DNA from: Escherichia coli | GTDB lineage: Bacteria > Pseudomonadota > Gammaproteobacteria > Enterobacterales > Enterobacteriaceae | Assembly: GCF_003018255.1 (NCBI RefSeq) | Contig: NZ_CP027440.1 | Direction: 5' to 3' (one strand) | DNA length: 64,000 nt | Part shown: positions 41,809 through 56,101 of the stretch, one piece after another | Numbering within the stretch: the first letter of the stretch is position 1 | Layout of the letters: each line of letters begins with the position of its first letter | Notes under the pieces: model-generated | Seen by the model: only the letters and a program-made list of their open reading frames with translations | Told to the model about the DNA's origin: nothing | Databases searched by the model: none | Program-made: the position numbers and the translations under genes

Positions 41809-42513
41809 TCATTCTTGTGGTGAAAACAAGCACCGTGGTACCCAGAAATTATTCGGCAATCGTCCGAGGCGCATTTGATTGAGATAATTGAGGTAATCCC
41901 GGCGGGGAATTTCGCAGGCACCAAGCGACGCTGTGTGATCGTTAAGGACCTGGCAGTCGATAAGTTTACCGCCATGACCAATAAATTCCTCACAGAATAC
42001 CAGAAGCGCCGTTTTAGACGCATTTTCCATCCGGCTGAACATGGACTCGCCACAAAATAGCGTTCCCTGGGCCACGCCGTACATACCGCCGACAAGCTCA
42101 TCTTCACGCCAGACTTCAATAGAGTGGGCATGACCGAGTTCGTGAAGGCGATGGTAGGCTTCGACCACGCCACGCGTGATCCAGGTTCCTTCTTCGCGAT
42201 CGCTGGCACAGCCTTCAATGACCTGACCAAAAGCGTAATTCATCGTGACTCGATAGGGCGAGCGTTTATGAAATCGCTTCATACTACGGCTGATATGCAG
42301 TGATTCAGGCCAAAGCACCGCGCGGGGATCGGGCGACCACCAGAGGATGGGGTCACCTGGAGAAAACCACGGAAAAATACCACGCTGGTAAGCCATTAAC
42401 AGGCGCGCAGGGCTAAGATCGCCTCCCAGTGCCAGCAGGCCGTTAGGCTCACGTAATGCGCCTTCCGGGGAAGGGAAGGCTATTGAATGGCGAGAAAGCT
42501 GAACCAGGCGCAT
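41809..42513 (-). CDS. aat: Leucyl/phenylalanyl-tRNA--protein transferase Aat (234 aa)
   Basis: ORF 41809..42513; conserved position between infA and cydC. Confidence 0.9.
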
Positions 42514-42554
42514 GACCGCAAAACTCCACGCAAGTCGGATCGTTCAATAATAGC

Positions 42555-44276
42555 TTACAAACCCTGCTTAAACTGGTAATAACGCCCCTGTCTGGCAAGC
42601 AGTTCTGCGTGAGTACCTTGCTCAATAATTTGCCCGTTGTCCATCACTATTATTTGTTGGAAACGAGAGAGTCCGCGAAGTCGATGGGTGACCATTAACA
42701 CCGTTTTCTCATGCATCATTTCTGCAAGCAATTCAAGGATCTGACTTTCGGTTGTGGCATCTAAGCCTTCTGTAGGTTCATCCAGCAATACCAGCGGCGC
42801 ATTATGTAACAGCGCACGGGCGATAGCCAGACGGCGTAGTTCACCACCGGAGAGCTGGCGTCCGCCTTCACCCAACCAACTGTTGAGACCTGCATCCTCG
42901 AGCAGCTTCTCCAGACCAACGCGACGTAAGATCTCCGCCAGAGCCTCATCACTACTGCCAGGCGAGGCGAGTAACAGATTATCACGCAGCGTGGCGCTAA
43001 ACAGATGCACTCGCTGAGGAACAACGCTGATGGTCTGTCGTAGAGTCGCTTCATTCAGGCTGGCTATGGGGCTACCGTTAAGCAAAATCTCGCCCTGTTG
43101 CGGGTCCCATGCGCGGGTCAGCAGTTGTAACAGTGTTGATTTGCCGCATCCGGTTCGCCCGAGAATCGCTATATGTTCCCCGGCGTTTACCTGAAGAGAA
43201 ATCCCTTTAAGTGCCTGTTGGGATTGCTCCGGATAATTGAATTGAACATCCCGTAACGTCAGCGAAACGCGATCGGCAACACGAGTTTGGGTATCAGGGA
43301 AGGTGACTTCCGGTTTTTGATCCGTTAAGTCAGTGATCCGTACGGCAGAGGCAATGACTTGCCCCAGATGCTGAAATGCACCCGTTACTGGTGCCAGTGC
43401 TTCAAACGCGGCTAACGCGCAGAAGACAAACAGGGCAATTAACGCGCCGGGTTGAGCATTGCCGCCAACGCCGCCAGACGCCATCCACAGCATCAGGATC
43501 ACCGCTAACGCGCCAATGAGCAGCATTATCGCTTGCGACAATGCGGTGAGTTCAGATTGACGACGTTGCGCTTCCAGCCACTGAATTTCTGTATTCTCTA
43601 ATTGCGTGCGATAACGATCGCTGGCACCAAAGATGGTCAGCTCAGCTTGCCCTTGCAGCCAGGCCGTCAGTTGTTGGCGATACTGCCCGCGAAGATGAGT
43701 CAGATTTTGCCCGGTGCTTTTTCCCGCACGATAAAACAGTGGTGGCATAAGGAAAAGCGTCAGTAACATAATGCCGCCCAGCGTAAAGGCGAGGGTGAAA
43801 TCAAGGAAACTTAACCCGATTGTCACCACCATAATCACCACAAAAGCGCCCACCAGCGGCGAGATAACGCGCAGGTAAAGATGATCGAGCGTATCAACAT
43901 CCGCCACCACGCGGTTGAGCAATTCGCCCTGACGATAGCGCGCCAGTCCGGCAGGGGAGAGGGGCAGCAATTTGCTGAAGGTATAAATGCGCAGATGCTG
44001 CAACACGCGGAAAGTCGCGTCGTGACTTACCAGACGTTCAAAATAGCGCCCGGCAGTACGGGTGATTGCTGCACCACGCACGCCCGCAGCGGGTAGCATA
44101 TAGTTGAAGCTGTACAGTCCGGCAACCCCCGCTACCGCTGAGGCCGAGAGGAACCAGCCGGAAAGTGTCAACAGACCGATACTGGCGAGCAGCGTGACAA
44201 TTGCCAGCACAATACCAAGACTTAACATCCATTTATGACGTTTATACAGTGCCAGATAGGGTAGCAAAGCGCGCAT
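42555..44276 (-). CDS. cydC: Cysteine/glutathione ABC exporter subunit CydC (573 aa)
   Basis: ORF 42555..44276; N-terminal TM domain, Walker A GRTGCGKST, signature LSGGELRR. Confidence 0.9.
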   Translation of the reverse strand: MRALLPYLALYKRHKWMLSLGIVLAIVTLLASIGLLTLSGWFLSASAVAGVAGLYSFNYMLPAAGVRGAAITRTAGRYFERLVSHDATFRVLQHLRIYTFSKLLPLSPAGLARYRQGELLNRVVADVDTLDHLYLRVISPLVGAFVVIMVVTIGLSFLDFTLAFTLGGIMLLTLFLMPPLFYRAGKSTGQNLTHLRGQYRQQLTAWLQGQAELTIFGASDRYRTQLENTEIQWLEAQRRQSELTALSQAIMLLIGALAVILMLWMASGGVGGNAQPGALIALFVFCALAAFEALAPVTGAFQHLGQVIASAVRITDLTDQKPEVTFPDTQTRVADRVSLTLRDVQFNYPEQSQQALKGISLQVNAGEHIAILGRTGCGKSTLLQLLTRAWDPQQGEILLNGSPIASLNEATLRQTISVVPQRVHLFSATLRDNLLLASPGSSDEALAEILRRVGLEKLLEDAGLNSWLGEGGRQLSGGELRRLAIARALLHNAPLVLLDEPTEGLDATTESQILELLAEMMHEKTVLMVTHRLRGLSRFQQIIVMDNGQIIEQGTHAELLARQGRYYQFKQGL

Positions 44277-46043
44277 TTAAATCTCCTCCTGACGATGGGC
44301 CAGTAATGTGGCGAATGGGCCGCCAGCCACACTTAATTCCGCGTAACGTCCTTGCTCAATAATCTGACCATCCTGCATTACCCAAATGACATCCCAGTCA
44401 GCAAGATCTTCTAACTGGTGGGTGACCATTAACGTTGTCTGGCGCAGAGAGGCGGCATTCAGCGCCTCCATTACGCGCTGTTCACTGTGAGCATCAAGGC
44501 TGGCAGCGGGTTCATCCAACAGTAATAGCGAACAGGGATTTAGTAACGCACGGGCCACCGCCACGCGCTGCGCCTGCCCCACGGAAAGGCGGGCAGCCTG
44601 GTCGCCAACAGGCGTATCAACGCCTTGTGGCAGGAGCGGTAGAAACTCACTGACCCAGGCGTTATCCAGCGCTGTTTGTAACTCGTGTTCGCTGGCATCA
44701 GGTCGTGCCAGTAGTACGTTATCCCGTAGTGTTGCTGCCGGTAATTGTGGGTTTTGCCCAACCCAGGAGAGATGCTTACGCCATGATTCCGGTGATAAAT
44801 CGCGTAATTCTATCCCGTTGATTCGTAGCGATCCCTGATATGAGAGAAAACCAGAAAGCGCGTTCAGCAGTGAGCTTTTACCTGAACCGCTGCGACCAAC
44901 CAACACTGCACGTTGGCCTGCTGGCAAAGTAAAGTTCAGCGGTCCAGCCAGCGTTTTACCTTCTGGTGATGTAATAAACAGATCCTCGGCTTCAATGGTC
45001 ACCGGATCGGTTGATGCTAATTCCGCCTCACCACGTTGCGGATGGGCTAGCGGGGTTTCCATAAACGTTTTCAGACTGTCAGCTGCGCCAACAGCCTGGG
45101 CTTTAGCATGATAAAACGTACCGAGATCGCGTAATGGCTGGAAAAACTCCGGCGCAAGGATCAGGGCCAGAAAACCCGCAGCCAGCGTCACGCCAGTATC
45201 ATAGTGACCAAAATCCAGCTCGCCGAGATAGGAAAAACCAAAGTAGACCGCCACCAGAGCAATTGACAGCGAGGTAAAAAATTCGAGAATGCCGGAGGAT
45301 AAAAACGCCAGCCGTAGCACTTCCATTGTCCGTTGGCGGAAATCTTCCGAAGCAGAACGAATACTTTCAATTTCAGCTTCACCACGACCAAAAATACGCA
45401 ATGTTTCCATGCCGCGCAGGCGATCGAGGAAATGCCCACTTAAGCGAGCAAGAGCGAGAAAGTTACGTCGGTTAGCATCGGCAGCCCCCATTCCAACCAG
45501 CGCCATAAACAACGGAATTAACGGTGCAGTGCCCAGCAGAATAAGCGCCGCAGCCCAGTTAGACGGGAAGATCGCCACCACAATCAGCAAAGGCACGGAC
45601 ACTGCCAGCGCCATTTGCGGCAGGTAGCGTGCATAGTAATCATGCATATCGTCAATTTGCTCGAGTACCAGCGTCGCCCAGCTCCCCGCCGGTTTACCCT
45701 GAATCCACGCTGGCCCTGCTTGTTGCAGACGGTCGAGAACCTGACGGCGGATGGCAAAGCGGATATGCTGCCCGGCGTGATAACCCACCCGTTCGCGTAA
45801 CCAGACCACCCATGCGCGCAGTACAAAGGTCAGAACCAGTAACGTAAAGGGAAGCAGCAGGGCTTCACGGGGAATATTCTCCATAATCATATGTTGCAGA
45901 ATTCGCGCCATGAACCAGGCCTGGGCAATGATCAATATGCCGCTCACAAAGCCCAGCAGACGAGAAATATTCAGCCAACGTTGGGAGATGACGCTTTGCT
46001 GTTTTAACCAGCGGGTTAACTCTTTTTGACGGGATTTATTCAT
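44277..46043 (-). CDS. cydD: Cysteine/glutathione ABC exporter subunit CydD (588 aa)
   Basis: ORF 44277..46043; Walker A GRSGSGKSS; abuts cydC start. Confidence 0.9.
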   Translation of the reverse strand: MNKSRQKELTRWLKQQSVISQRWLNISRLLGFVSGILIIAQAWFMARILQHMIMENIPREALLLPFTLLVLTFVLRAWVVWLRERVGYHAGQHIRFAIRRQVLDRLQQAGPAWIQGKPAGSWATLVLEQIDDMHDYYARYLPQMALAVSVPLLIVVAIFPSNWAAALILLGTAPLIPLFMALVGMGAADANRRNFLALARLSGHFLDRLRGMETLRIFGRGEAEIESIRSASEDFRQRTMEVLRLAFLSSGILEFFTSLSIALVAVYFGFSYLGELDFGHYDTGVTLAAGFLALILAPEFFQPLRDLGTFYHAKAQAVGAADSLKTFMETPLAHPQRGEAELASTDPVTIEAEDLFITSPEGKTLAGPLNFTLPAGQRAVLVGRSGSGKSSLLNALSGFLSYQGSLRINGIELRDLSPESWRKHLSWVGQNPQLPAATLRDNVLLARPDASEHELQTALDNAWVSEFLPLLPQGVDTPVGDQAARLSVGQAQRVAVARALLNPCSLLLLDEPAASLDAHSEQRVMEALNAASLRQTTLMVTHQLEDLADWDVIWVMQDGQIIEQGRYAELSVAGGPFATLLAHRQEEI

Positions 46044-46165
46044 TGCACGCTTAGCAGGTGAGTTATCAGAATTATTTGCAGAGCAATGTTACAACGAGGA
46101 AAAAATAAAGGCGACCCATAGTCGCATGGTGTCGCCTTCTTTACTTTTGTTACTGATTTGTAAAA

Positions 46166-47248
<1,083 letters not shown>

Positions 47249-47674
47249 TCAAATTCTCCCGTCATTATCACCTCTGCTACTTAAATTTCCCGCTTTATAA
47301 GCCGATTAAATGATGAATAAACGCCCCTGTTAATGAATATCTGGCATGTTGTACTAAAAATCGATGTTTTGCTTTGACAATCCCCTGGTGTTTTGCGAAA
47401 ACATTCGAGGAAGAAAAAAACAGTATTCTTATATGCGCATAACCATGCATGTAAATACCATGTTTACCGTGCTAGTGAAATCTACGTATGGCGTGGACAG
47501 ACGCCATTCGTGATGTCGATAGCTGCCACAAGGCAACGGTCTTCTCACCGTAGACCCAGGCATTGCGCGCCGTGAATCTTCATGATTTCGGTCTATCGTG
47601 ACGGGTAGCGACTCTGAACAGTGATGTTTCAGGGTCAGACAGGAGTAGGGAAGGAATACAGAGAGACAATAATA

Positions 47675-48169
47675 ATGGTAGATAGCAAGAAGCGCCCTGG
47701 CAAAGATCTCGACCGTATCGATCGTAACATTCTTAATGAGTTGCAAAAGGATGGGCGTATTTCTAACGTCGAGCTTTCTAAACGTGTGGGACTTTCCCCA
47801 ACGCCGTGCCTTGAGCGTGTGCGTCGGCTGGAAAGACAAGGGTTTATTCAGGGCTATACGGCGCTGCTGAACCCCCATTATCTGGATGCATCACTTCTGG
47901 TATTCGTTGAGATTACTCTGAATCGTGGCGCACCGGATGTGTTTGAACAATTCAATACCGCTGTACAAAAACTTGAAGAAATTCAGGAGTGTCATTTAGT
48001 ATCCGGTGATTTCGACTACCTGTTGAAAACACGCGTGCCGGATATGTCAGCTTACCGTAAGTTGCTGGGGGAAACCCTGCTGCGTCTGCCTGGCGTCAAT
48101 GACACACGGACATACGTTGTTATGGAAGAAGTCAAGCAGAGTAATCGTCTGGTTATTAAGACGCGCTAA
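47675..48169 (+). CDS. lrp: Leucine-responsive regulatory protein Lrp (164 aa)
   Basis: ORF 47621..48169 trimmed to MVDSKKRPGKDLDRIDRNILNELQKDGRISNVELSKRVGLSPTPC (HTH). Confidence 0.9.
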   Translation: MVDSKKRPGKDLDRIDRNILNELQKDGRISNVELSKRVGLSPTPCLERVRRLERQGFIQGYTALLNPHYLDASLLVFVEITLNRGAPDVFEQFNTAVQKLEEIQECHLVSGDFDYLLKTRVPDMSAYRKLLGETLLRLPGVNDTRTYVVMEEVKQSNRLVIKTR

Positions 48170-48209
48170 CACGGAACAGGTGCAAAATCGGCGTATTTTG
48201 ATTACACTC

Positions 48210-48225
48210 CTGTTAATCCATACAG
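48210..48225 (+). promoter_or_regulatory. LexA (SOS) box CTGT-N8-ACAG upstream of ftsK (dinH promoter)
   Basis: Sequence CTGTTAATCCATACAG ~80 nt upstream of ftsK start; ftsK is recalled to have an SOS-inducible promoter. Confidence 0.55.
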
Positions 48226-48303
48226 CAACAGTACTGGGGTAACCTGGTACTGTTGTCCGTTTTAGCATCGGGCAGGAAAAGCCTGTAACCTGGAGAGCCT
48301 TTC

Positions 48304-51300
48304 TTGAGCCAGGAATACACTGAAGACAAAGAAGTCACATTGACAAAGTTAAGTAGCGGCCGCCGCCTTCTGGAGGCGTTGCTGATCCTTATTGTCCTGT
48401 TTGCCGTCTGGTTGATGGCTGCCTTACTAAGCTTTAACCCTTCGGACCCCAGCTGGTCGCAAACGGCCTGGCATGAACCTATCCATAATTTAGGTGGGAT
48501 GCCCGGTGCGTGGTTGGCGGATACGCTGTTCTTTATTTTTGGCGTGATGGCTTACACCATTCCCGTCATTATTGTCGGCGGTTGTTGGTTTGCCTGGCGT
48601 CATCAGTCCAGCGACGAATACATTGATTATTTTGCCGTTTCGCTACGCATCATTGGCGTTTTGGCGCTCATCCTTACCTCCTGTGGTCTGGCGGCAATCA
48701 ACGCTGACGATATCTGGTATTTTGCCTCCGGTGGCGTCATTGGCAGCTTACTAAGCACTACGCTACAACCACTGCTACACAGTAGCGGGGGAACTATTGC
48801 GCTGCTCTGCGTTTGGGCAGCGGGCCTGACGCTGTTCACCGGTTGGTCATGGGTGACCATTGCTGAAAAACTCGGCGGCTGGATTTTAAACATTCTCACC
48901 TTCGCCAGTAATCGTACCCGTCGCGATGATACGTGGGTCGATGAAGATGAGTATGAAGACGACGAAGAGTATGAAGATGAAAATCACGGCAAACAGCATG
49001 AATCACGCCGTGCCCGTATTCTTCGCGGCGCGCTAGCGCGTCGTAAACGGTTGGCGGAAAAATTCATTAATCCGATGGGGCGGCAAACAGACGCTGCGTT
49101 GTTCTCCGGTAAGCGGATGGATGATGACGAAGAGATTACCTACACTGCACGCGGTGTGGCTGCCGACCCTGACGACGTCCTCTTTTCGGGCAATCGTGCA
49201 ACGCAGCCAGAATATGACGAGTACGATCCATTATTAAACGGTGCGCCAATTACCGAACCTGTTGCTGTAGCAGCTGCTGCTACCACGGCGACGCAAAGCT
49301 GGGCTGCACCGGTTGAACCTGTGACTCAGACGCCACCTGTTGCCTCTGTTGATGTTCCACCTGCGCAACCTACAGTAGCCTGGCAGCCTGTACCGGGGCC
49401 GCAAACGGGAGAACCGGTTATTGCTCCTGCACCGGAAGGTTACCCACAGCAGCCACAATATGCGCAGCCTGCAGTGCAATATAATGAGCCGCTGCAACAA
49501 CCAGTACAGCCACAGCAGCCGTATTATGCACCTGCAGCTGAACAACCTGCGCAACAACCTTACTACGCTCCTGCGGCGGAACAACCTGTTCAGCAACCGT
49601 ATTACTCCCCTGCGCCAGAACAACCGGTGGCAGGTAACGCCTGGCAAGCCGAAGAGCTGCAATCCACTTTTGCTCCACAGTCTACATACCAGACTGAGCA
49701 AACTTATCAGCAGCCAGCCGCTCAGGAACCGTTGTACCAACAGCCGCAACCTGTTGAACAGCAGCCTGTTGTGGAGCCTGAACCCGTTGTAGAAGAGACA
49801 AAACCCGCGCGTCCGCCGCTTTACTACTTTGAAGAAGTGGAAGAGAAGCGAGCCCGTGAACGTGAACAACTTGCGGCCTGGTATCAACCGATTCCAGAAC
49901 CGGTTAAAGAACCAGAACCGATCAAATCTTCGCTAAAAGCACCTTCTGTTGCAGCAGTACCTCCAGTGGAAGCCGCTGCCGCCGTTTCTCCGCTGGCATC
50001 TGGCGTGAAAAAAGCGACACTGGCGACGGGGGCTGCCGCAACCGTTGCCGCGCCAGTCTTCAGTCTGGCAAATAGCGCTGGACCGCGTCCGCAGGTCAAA
50101 GAGGGGATTGGCCCCCAGTTGCCACGACCGAAACGCATCCGCGTGCCAACTCGTCGTGAACTGGCGTCTTACGGTATTAAGCTGCCCTCACAGCGTGCGG
50201 CAGAAGAAAAAGCCCGTGAAGCCCAGCGCAATCAGTATGATTCTGGCGATCAGTATAACGATGATGAAATTGATGCGATGCAGCAGGATGAACTGGCGCG
50301 TCAATTCGCCCAGACACAGCAGCAACGCTACGGCGAACAGTATCAACATGATGTGCCCGTGAACGCAGAAGATGCAGATGCTGCGGCAGAGGCTGAACTG
50401 GCTCGTCAGTTTGCTCAAACTCAACAACAACGTTATTCCGGCGAACAACCGGCTGGGGCGAATCCGTTCTCGCTGGATGATTTTGAATTTTCGCCAATGA
50501 AAGCGTTGCTGGATGATGGTCCACACGAACCGCTGTTTACGCCAATTGTTGAACCTGTACAGCAGCCGCAACAACCGATTGCACCGCAGCAACAGTATCA
50601 GCAGCCGCAGCAACCAGTTGCGCCGCAGCAGCAATATCAGCAGCCGCAACAGCCGGTTGCGCCGCAGCCGCAGTATCAGCAGCCACAACAGCCGGTTGCA
50701 CAGCAGCCGCAACAACCGGTTGCACCGCAGCAGCAATATCAGCAGCCACAACAGCCGGTTACACAGCAGCCGCAGTATCAGCAGCCGCAACAGCCAGTTG
50801 CGCCACAGCCGCAGGATACCCTGCTTCATCCGCTGTTGATGCGTAATGGCGACAGCCGTCCGTTGCATAAACCGACGACGCCACTGCCTTCTCTGGATTT
50901 GCTGACACCGCCGCCGAGCGAAGTGGAGCCGGTAGATACCTTTGCGCTTGAACAAATGGCGCGCCTGGTAGAAGCGCGTCTGGCTGATTTCCGTATTAAA
51001 GCCGATGTTGTCAATTACTCTCCGGGGCCAGTTATCACTCGCTTTGAACTTAACCTGGCACCGGGCGTAAAAGCGGCGCGCATTTCTAACTTGTCACGGG
51101 ACCTTGCCCGTTCACTTTCGACGGTGGCGGTGCGTGTCGTTGAAGTTATTCCTGGCAAACCCTATGTAGGTCTGGAGTTACCGAATAAAAAACGACAAAC
51201 CGTTTATCTGCGCGAAGTTTTGGATAACGCCAAATTCCGCGATAATCCGTCGCCATTAACCGTGGTGCTGGGTAAAGATATCGCCGGTGAGCCGGTGGTT

Positions 51301-52356
51301 GCCGATCTGGCGAAAATGCCGCACTTGTTGGTTGCGGGGACTACCGGTTCCGGTAAGTCTGTCGGTGTGAACGCGATGATCCTGAGCATGCTTTATAAAG
51401 CACAGCCAGAAGATGTGCGTTTCATCATGATCGACCCGAAAATGCTGGAGCTTTCGGTTTATGAAGGCATTCCGCATCTGTTAACGGAAGTCGTTACTGA
51501 TATGAAAGATGCCGCCAACGCGCTGCGCTGGTGTGTTAACGAGATGGAGCGTCGTTATAAACTGATGTCTGCGCTGGGTGTGCGTAATCTGGCGGGTTAT
51601 AACGAAAAAATTGCTGAAGCCGATCGCATGATGCGTCCGATTCCAGACCCGTACTGGAAGCCGGGTGATAGTATGGATGCGCAGCATCCGGTGCTGAAAA
51701 AAGAACCGTACATAGTGGTGTTGGTGGACGAATTTGCCGACCTGATGATGACGGTAGGTAAAAAAGTGGAAGAGCTGATAGCACGTCTGGCGCAAAAAGC
51801 CCGTGCCGCGGGTATCCACCTCGTACTGGCAACGCAGCGTCCATCGGTTGATGTTATTACTGGTCTGATTAAAGCGAATATTCCGACCCGTATCGCCTTT
51901 ACCGTATCCAGTAAGATTGACTCACGTACCATTCTTGATCAGGCTGGCGCGGAATCACTGCTGGGTATGGGGGATATGCTCTACTCTGGGCCGAACTCCA
52001 CGTTGCCGGTACGTGTCCATGGTGCTTTTGTTCGCGATCAGGAAGTTCATGCCGTGGTGCAGGACTGGAAAGCGCGTGGTCGCCCACAGTATGTTGATGG
52101 CATCACCTCCGACAGCGAAAGCGAAGGTGGTGCGGGTGGTTTCGATGGCGCTGAAGAACTGGATCCGTTGTTCGATCAGGCGGTGCAGTTTGTCACTGAA
52201 AAACGCAAAGCGTCAATTTCAGGCGTACAGCGTCAGTTCCGCATTGGTTATAACCGTGCAGCGCGTATTATCGAACAGATGGAAGCGCAAGGGATTGTCA
52301 GCGAACAGGGGCACAACGGTAATCGTGAAGTGCTGGCCCCACCGCCGTTTGACTAA
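48304..52356 (+). CDS. ftsK: DNA translocase FtsK (N-terminal membrane domain, long Pro/Gln-rich linker, C-terminal RecA-like motor + gamma domain), 1350 aa, TTG start
   Basis: ORF 48304..52356; [24 protein letters not shown]-terminus; Walker A GTTGSGKS in C-terminal motor. Confidence 0.9.
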   Translation: MSQEYTEDKEVTLTKLSSGRRLLEALLILIVLFAVWLMAALLSFNPSDPSWSQTAWHEPIHNLGGMPGAWLADTLFFIFGVMAYTIPVIIVGGCWFAWRHQSSDEYIDYFAVSLRIIGVLALILTSCGLAAINADDIWYFASGGVIGSLLSTTLQPLLHSSGGTIALLCVWAAGLTLFTGWSWVTIAEKLGGWILNILTFASNRTRRDDTWVDEDEYEDDEEYEDENHGKQHESRRARILRGALARRKRLAEKFINPMGRQTDAALFSGKRMDDDEEITYTARGVAADPDDVLFSGNRATQPEYDEYDPLLNGAPITEPVAVAAAATTATQSWAAPVEPVTQTPPVASVDVPPAQPTVAWQPVPGPQTGEPVIAPAPEGYPQQPQYAQPAVQYNEPLQQPVQPQQPYYAPAAEQPAQQPYYAPAAEQPVQQPYYSPAPEQPVAGNAWQAEELQSTFAPQSTYQTEQTYQQPAAQEPLYQQPQPVEQQPVVEPEPVVEETKPARPPLYYFEEVEEKRAREREQLAAWYQPIPEPVKEPEPIKSSLKAPSVAAVPPVEAAAAVSPLASGVKKATLATGAAATVAAPVFSLANSAGPRPQVKEGIGPQLPRPKRIRVPTRRELASYGIKLPSQRAAEEKAREAQRNQYDSGDQYNDDEIDAMQQDELARQFAQTQQQRYGEQYQHDVPVNAEDADAAAEAELARQFAQTQQQRYSGEQPAGANPFSLDDFEFSPMKALLDDGPHEPLFTPIVEPVQQPQQPIAPQQQYQQPQQPVAPQQQYQQPQQPVAPQPQYQQPQQPVAQQPQQPVAPQQQYQQPQQPVTQQPQYQQPQQPVAPQPQDTLLHPLLMRNGDSRPLHKPTTPLPSLDLLTPPPSEVEPVDTFALEQMARLVEARLADFRIKADVVNYSPGPVITRFELNLAPGVKAARISNLSRDLARSLSTVAVRVVEVIPGKPYVGLELPNKKRQTVYLREVLDNAKFRDNPSPLTVVLGKDIAGEPVVADLAKMPHLLVAGTTGSGKSVGVNAMILSMLYKAQPEDVRFIMIDPKMLELSVYEGIPHLLTEVVTDMKDAANALRWCVNEMERRYKLMSALGVRNLAGYNEKIAEADRMMRPIPDPYWKPGDSMDAQHPVLKKEPYIVVLVDEFADLMMTVGKKVEELIARLAQKARAAGIHLVLATQRPSVDVITGLIKANIPTRIAFTVSSKIDSRTILDQAGAESLLGMGDMLYSGPNSTLPVRVHGAFVRDQEVHAVVQDWKARGRPQYVDGITSDSESEGGAGGFDGAEELDPLFDQAVQFVTEKRKASISGVQRQFRIGYNRAARIIEQMEAQGIVSEQGHNGNREVLAPPPFD
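50560..50820 (+). repeat. In-frame 39-bp tandem repeats encoding ([13 protein letters not shown])n within the FtsK linker
   Basis: About 6-7 near-identical CAGCAGCCGCAACAGCCGGTTGCGCCGCAG... units; additional 36-bp repeats ([12 protein letters not shown]) at ~49510-49620. Confidence 0.85.
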
Positions 52357-52367
52357 TTAATGCATCG

Positions 52368-52405
52368 TAGGCCGGATAAGGCGCGGTAGCGTCGCATCCG
52401 GCACT
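52368..52405. repeat. REP element (GCCGGATAAGGCGCGGTAGCGTCGCATCCGGC) downstream of ftsK
   Basis: Canonical REP palindrome read in sequence. Confidence 0.8.
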
Positions 52406-52514
52406 CTAACAACTGAAAATTCAGTATTTTCTTCTTTCCTCAAGCTGATTATTAGCCTGGAATAGAGAGTAGAGGGAACTCCCGATCGGGAGTGACGTAA
52501 TTTGAGGAATAATG

Positions 52515-53126
52515 ATGAAAAAAATTGCCATCACCTGTGCATTACTCTCAAGCTTAGTAGCAAGCAGCGTTTGGGCTGATGCCGCAAGCGATCTTAAAAG
52601 CCGCCTGGATAAAGTCAGCAGCTTCCACGCCAGCTTCACACAAAAAGTGACTGACGGTAGCGGCGCGGCGGTGCAGGAAGGCCAGGGCGATCTGTGGGTG
52701 AAACGTCCAAATTTATTCAACTGGCATATGACTCAACCTGATGAAAGCATTCTGGTTTCTGACGGTAAAACACTGTGGTTCTATAACCCGTTCGTTGAGC
52801 AAGCTACGGCAACCTGGCTGAAAGATGCCACCGGTAATACGCCGTTTATGCTGATTGCCCGCAACCAGTCCAGCGACTGGCAGCAGTACAATATCAAACA
52901 GAATGGCGATGACTTTGTCCTGACGCCGAAAGCCAGCAATGGCAATCTGAAGCAGTTCACCATTAACGTGGGACGTGATGGCACAATCCATCAGTTTAGC
53001 GCGGTGGAGCAGGACGATCAGCGCAGCAGTTATCAGCTGAAATCCCAGCAAAATGGGGTTGTGGATGCAGCGAAATTTACCTTCACCCCGCCGCAAGGCG
53101 TCACGGTAGATGATCAACGTAAGTAG
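52515..53126 (+). CDS. lolA: Periplasmic lipoprotein chaperone LolA (203 aa)
   Basis: ORF 52512..53126; signal peptide [21 protein letters not shown]. Confidence 0.9.
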   Translation: MKKIAITCALLSSLVASSVWADAASDLKSRLDKVSSFHASFTQKVTDGSGAAVQEGQGDLWVKRPNLFNWHMTQPDESILVSDGKTLWFYNPFVEQATATWLKDATGNTPFMLIARNQSSDWQQYNIKQNGDDFVLTPKASNGNLKQFTINVGRDGTIHQFSAVEQDDQRSSYQLKSQQNGVVDAAKFTFTPPQGVTVDDQRK

Positions 53127-53136
53127 AGGCACCTGA

Positions 53137-54480
53137 GTGAGCAATCTGTCGCTCGATTTTTCGGATAATACTTTTCAACCTCTGGCCGCGCGTATGCGGC
53201 CAGAAAATTTAGCACAGTATATCGGCCAGCAACATTTGCTGGCTGCGGGGAAGCCGTTGCCGCGCGCTATCGAAGCCGGGCATTTGCATTCTATGATCCT
53301 CTGGGGGCCACCGGGTACCGGCAAAACAACCCTCGCTGAAGTGATTGCCCGCTATGCGAACGCTGATGTGGAACGTATTTCTGCTGTCACCTCTGGCGTG
53401 AAAGAGATTCGCGAGGCGATTGAGCGCGCTCGGCAAAACCGCAATGCAGGTCGCCGCACTATTCTTTTTGTTGACGAAGTTCACCGTTTCAACAAAAGCC
53501 AGCAGGATGCATTTCTGCCACATATTGAAGACGGCACCATCACTTTTATTGGCGCAACCACTGAAAACCCGTCGTTTGAGCTTAATTCGGCACTGCTTTC
53601 CCGTGCCCGTGTCTATCTGCTGAAATCCCTGAGTACAGAGGATATTGAGCAGGTGCTTACTCAGGCGATGGAAGACAAAACCCGTGGCTATGGTGGTCAG
53701 GATATTGTTCTGCCAGATGAAACACGACGTGCCATTGCTGAACTGGTGAATGGCGACGCGCGCCGGGCGTTAAATACGCTGGAAATGATGGCGGATATGG
53801 CCGAAGTCGATGATAGCGGTAAGCGGGTCCTGAAGCCTGAATTACTGACCGAAATCGCCGGTGAACGTAGCGCCCGCTTTGATAACAAAGGAGATCGCTT
53901 TTACGATCTGATTTCCGCACTGCATAAGTCGGTACGTGGTAGCGCACCCGATGCGGCGCTGTACTGGTATGCGCGAATTATTACCGCTGGTGGCGATCCG
54001 TTATATGTCGCGCGTCGCTGTCTGGCGATTGCGTCTGAAGACGTCGGTAATGCCGATCCACGGGCGATGCAGGTGGCAATTGCGGCCTGGGATTGCTTTA
54101 CTCGCGTTGGCCCGGCGGAAGGTGAACGCGCCATTGCTCAGGCGATTGTTTACCTGGCTTGCGCGCCAAAAAGCAACGCTGTCTACACTGCGTTTAAAGC
54201 CGCGCTGGCGGATGCACGCGAACGTCCGGATTATGACGTGCCGGTTCATTTGCGTAATGCGCCGACGAAATTAATGAAGGAAATGGGCTACGGGCAGGAA
54301 TATCGTTACGCTCATGATGAAGCAAACGCTTATGCTGCCGGTGAGGTTTATTTCCCGCCGGAAATAGCACAAACACGCTATTATTTCCCGACAAACAGGG
54401 GCCTTGAAGGCAAGATTGGCGAAAAGCTCGCCTGGCTGGCTGAACAGGATCAAAATAGCCCCATAAAACGCTACCGTTAA
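53137..54480 (+). CDS. rarA: Replication-associated recombination protein A RarA/MgsA (AAA+ ATPase), 447 aa
   Basis: ORF 53137..54480; Walker [10 protein letters not shown]. Confidence 0.9.
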
Positions 54481-54549
54481 TGTTATCGTTGCGGTAATGT
54501 TGTTACTGTATCCCTGTGGTCGCAGGCTGTGGCCACATCTCCCATTTAA

Positions 54550-55863
<1,314 letters not shown>

Positions 55864-55883
55864 TACCCAATTTTTCTGAATCT

Positions 55884-55909
55884 AAAAAGCGCCTGCGGGC
55901 GCTTTTTTT
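55884..55909 (+). terminator. Intrinsic terminator of serS (AAAAAGCGCCTGCGGGCGCTTTTTTTG)
   Basis: GC hairpin followed by T7 run. Confidence 0.8.
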
Positions 55910-56101
55910 GTCTCCCTTTGATACCGAACAATAATTACTCCTCACTTACACGTAATACTACTTTCGAGTGAAAATCTACCTATCTCTTTGATTTTCAAAT
56001 TATTCGATGTATACAAGCCTATATAGCGAACTGCTATAGAAATAATTACACAATACGGTTTGTTACTGGAATCAATCGTGAGCAAGCTTGAGTGAGCCAT
56101 T

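Noticed and set aside
41634-42230. 198-aa minus-strand ORF overlapping aat in another frame
   Set aside because: Alternate-frame overlap with a conserved gene; no independent signals.
47393-47575. 60-aa Lys/Arg-rich ORF in the trxB-lrp intergenic region
   Set aside because: No Shine-Dalgarno sequence and it lies within the expected lrp leader/promoter region; low-complexity basic composition.
50188-50955. 255-aa minus-strand ORF and other antisense ORFs inside ftsK (for example 49234..49887)
   Set aside because: Generated by the CAG/CCG-rich linker repeats of ftsK; translations are Leu/Arg repeat strings with no start signals.
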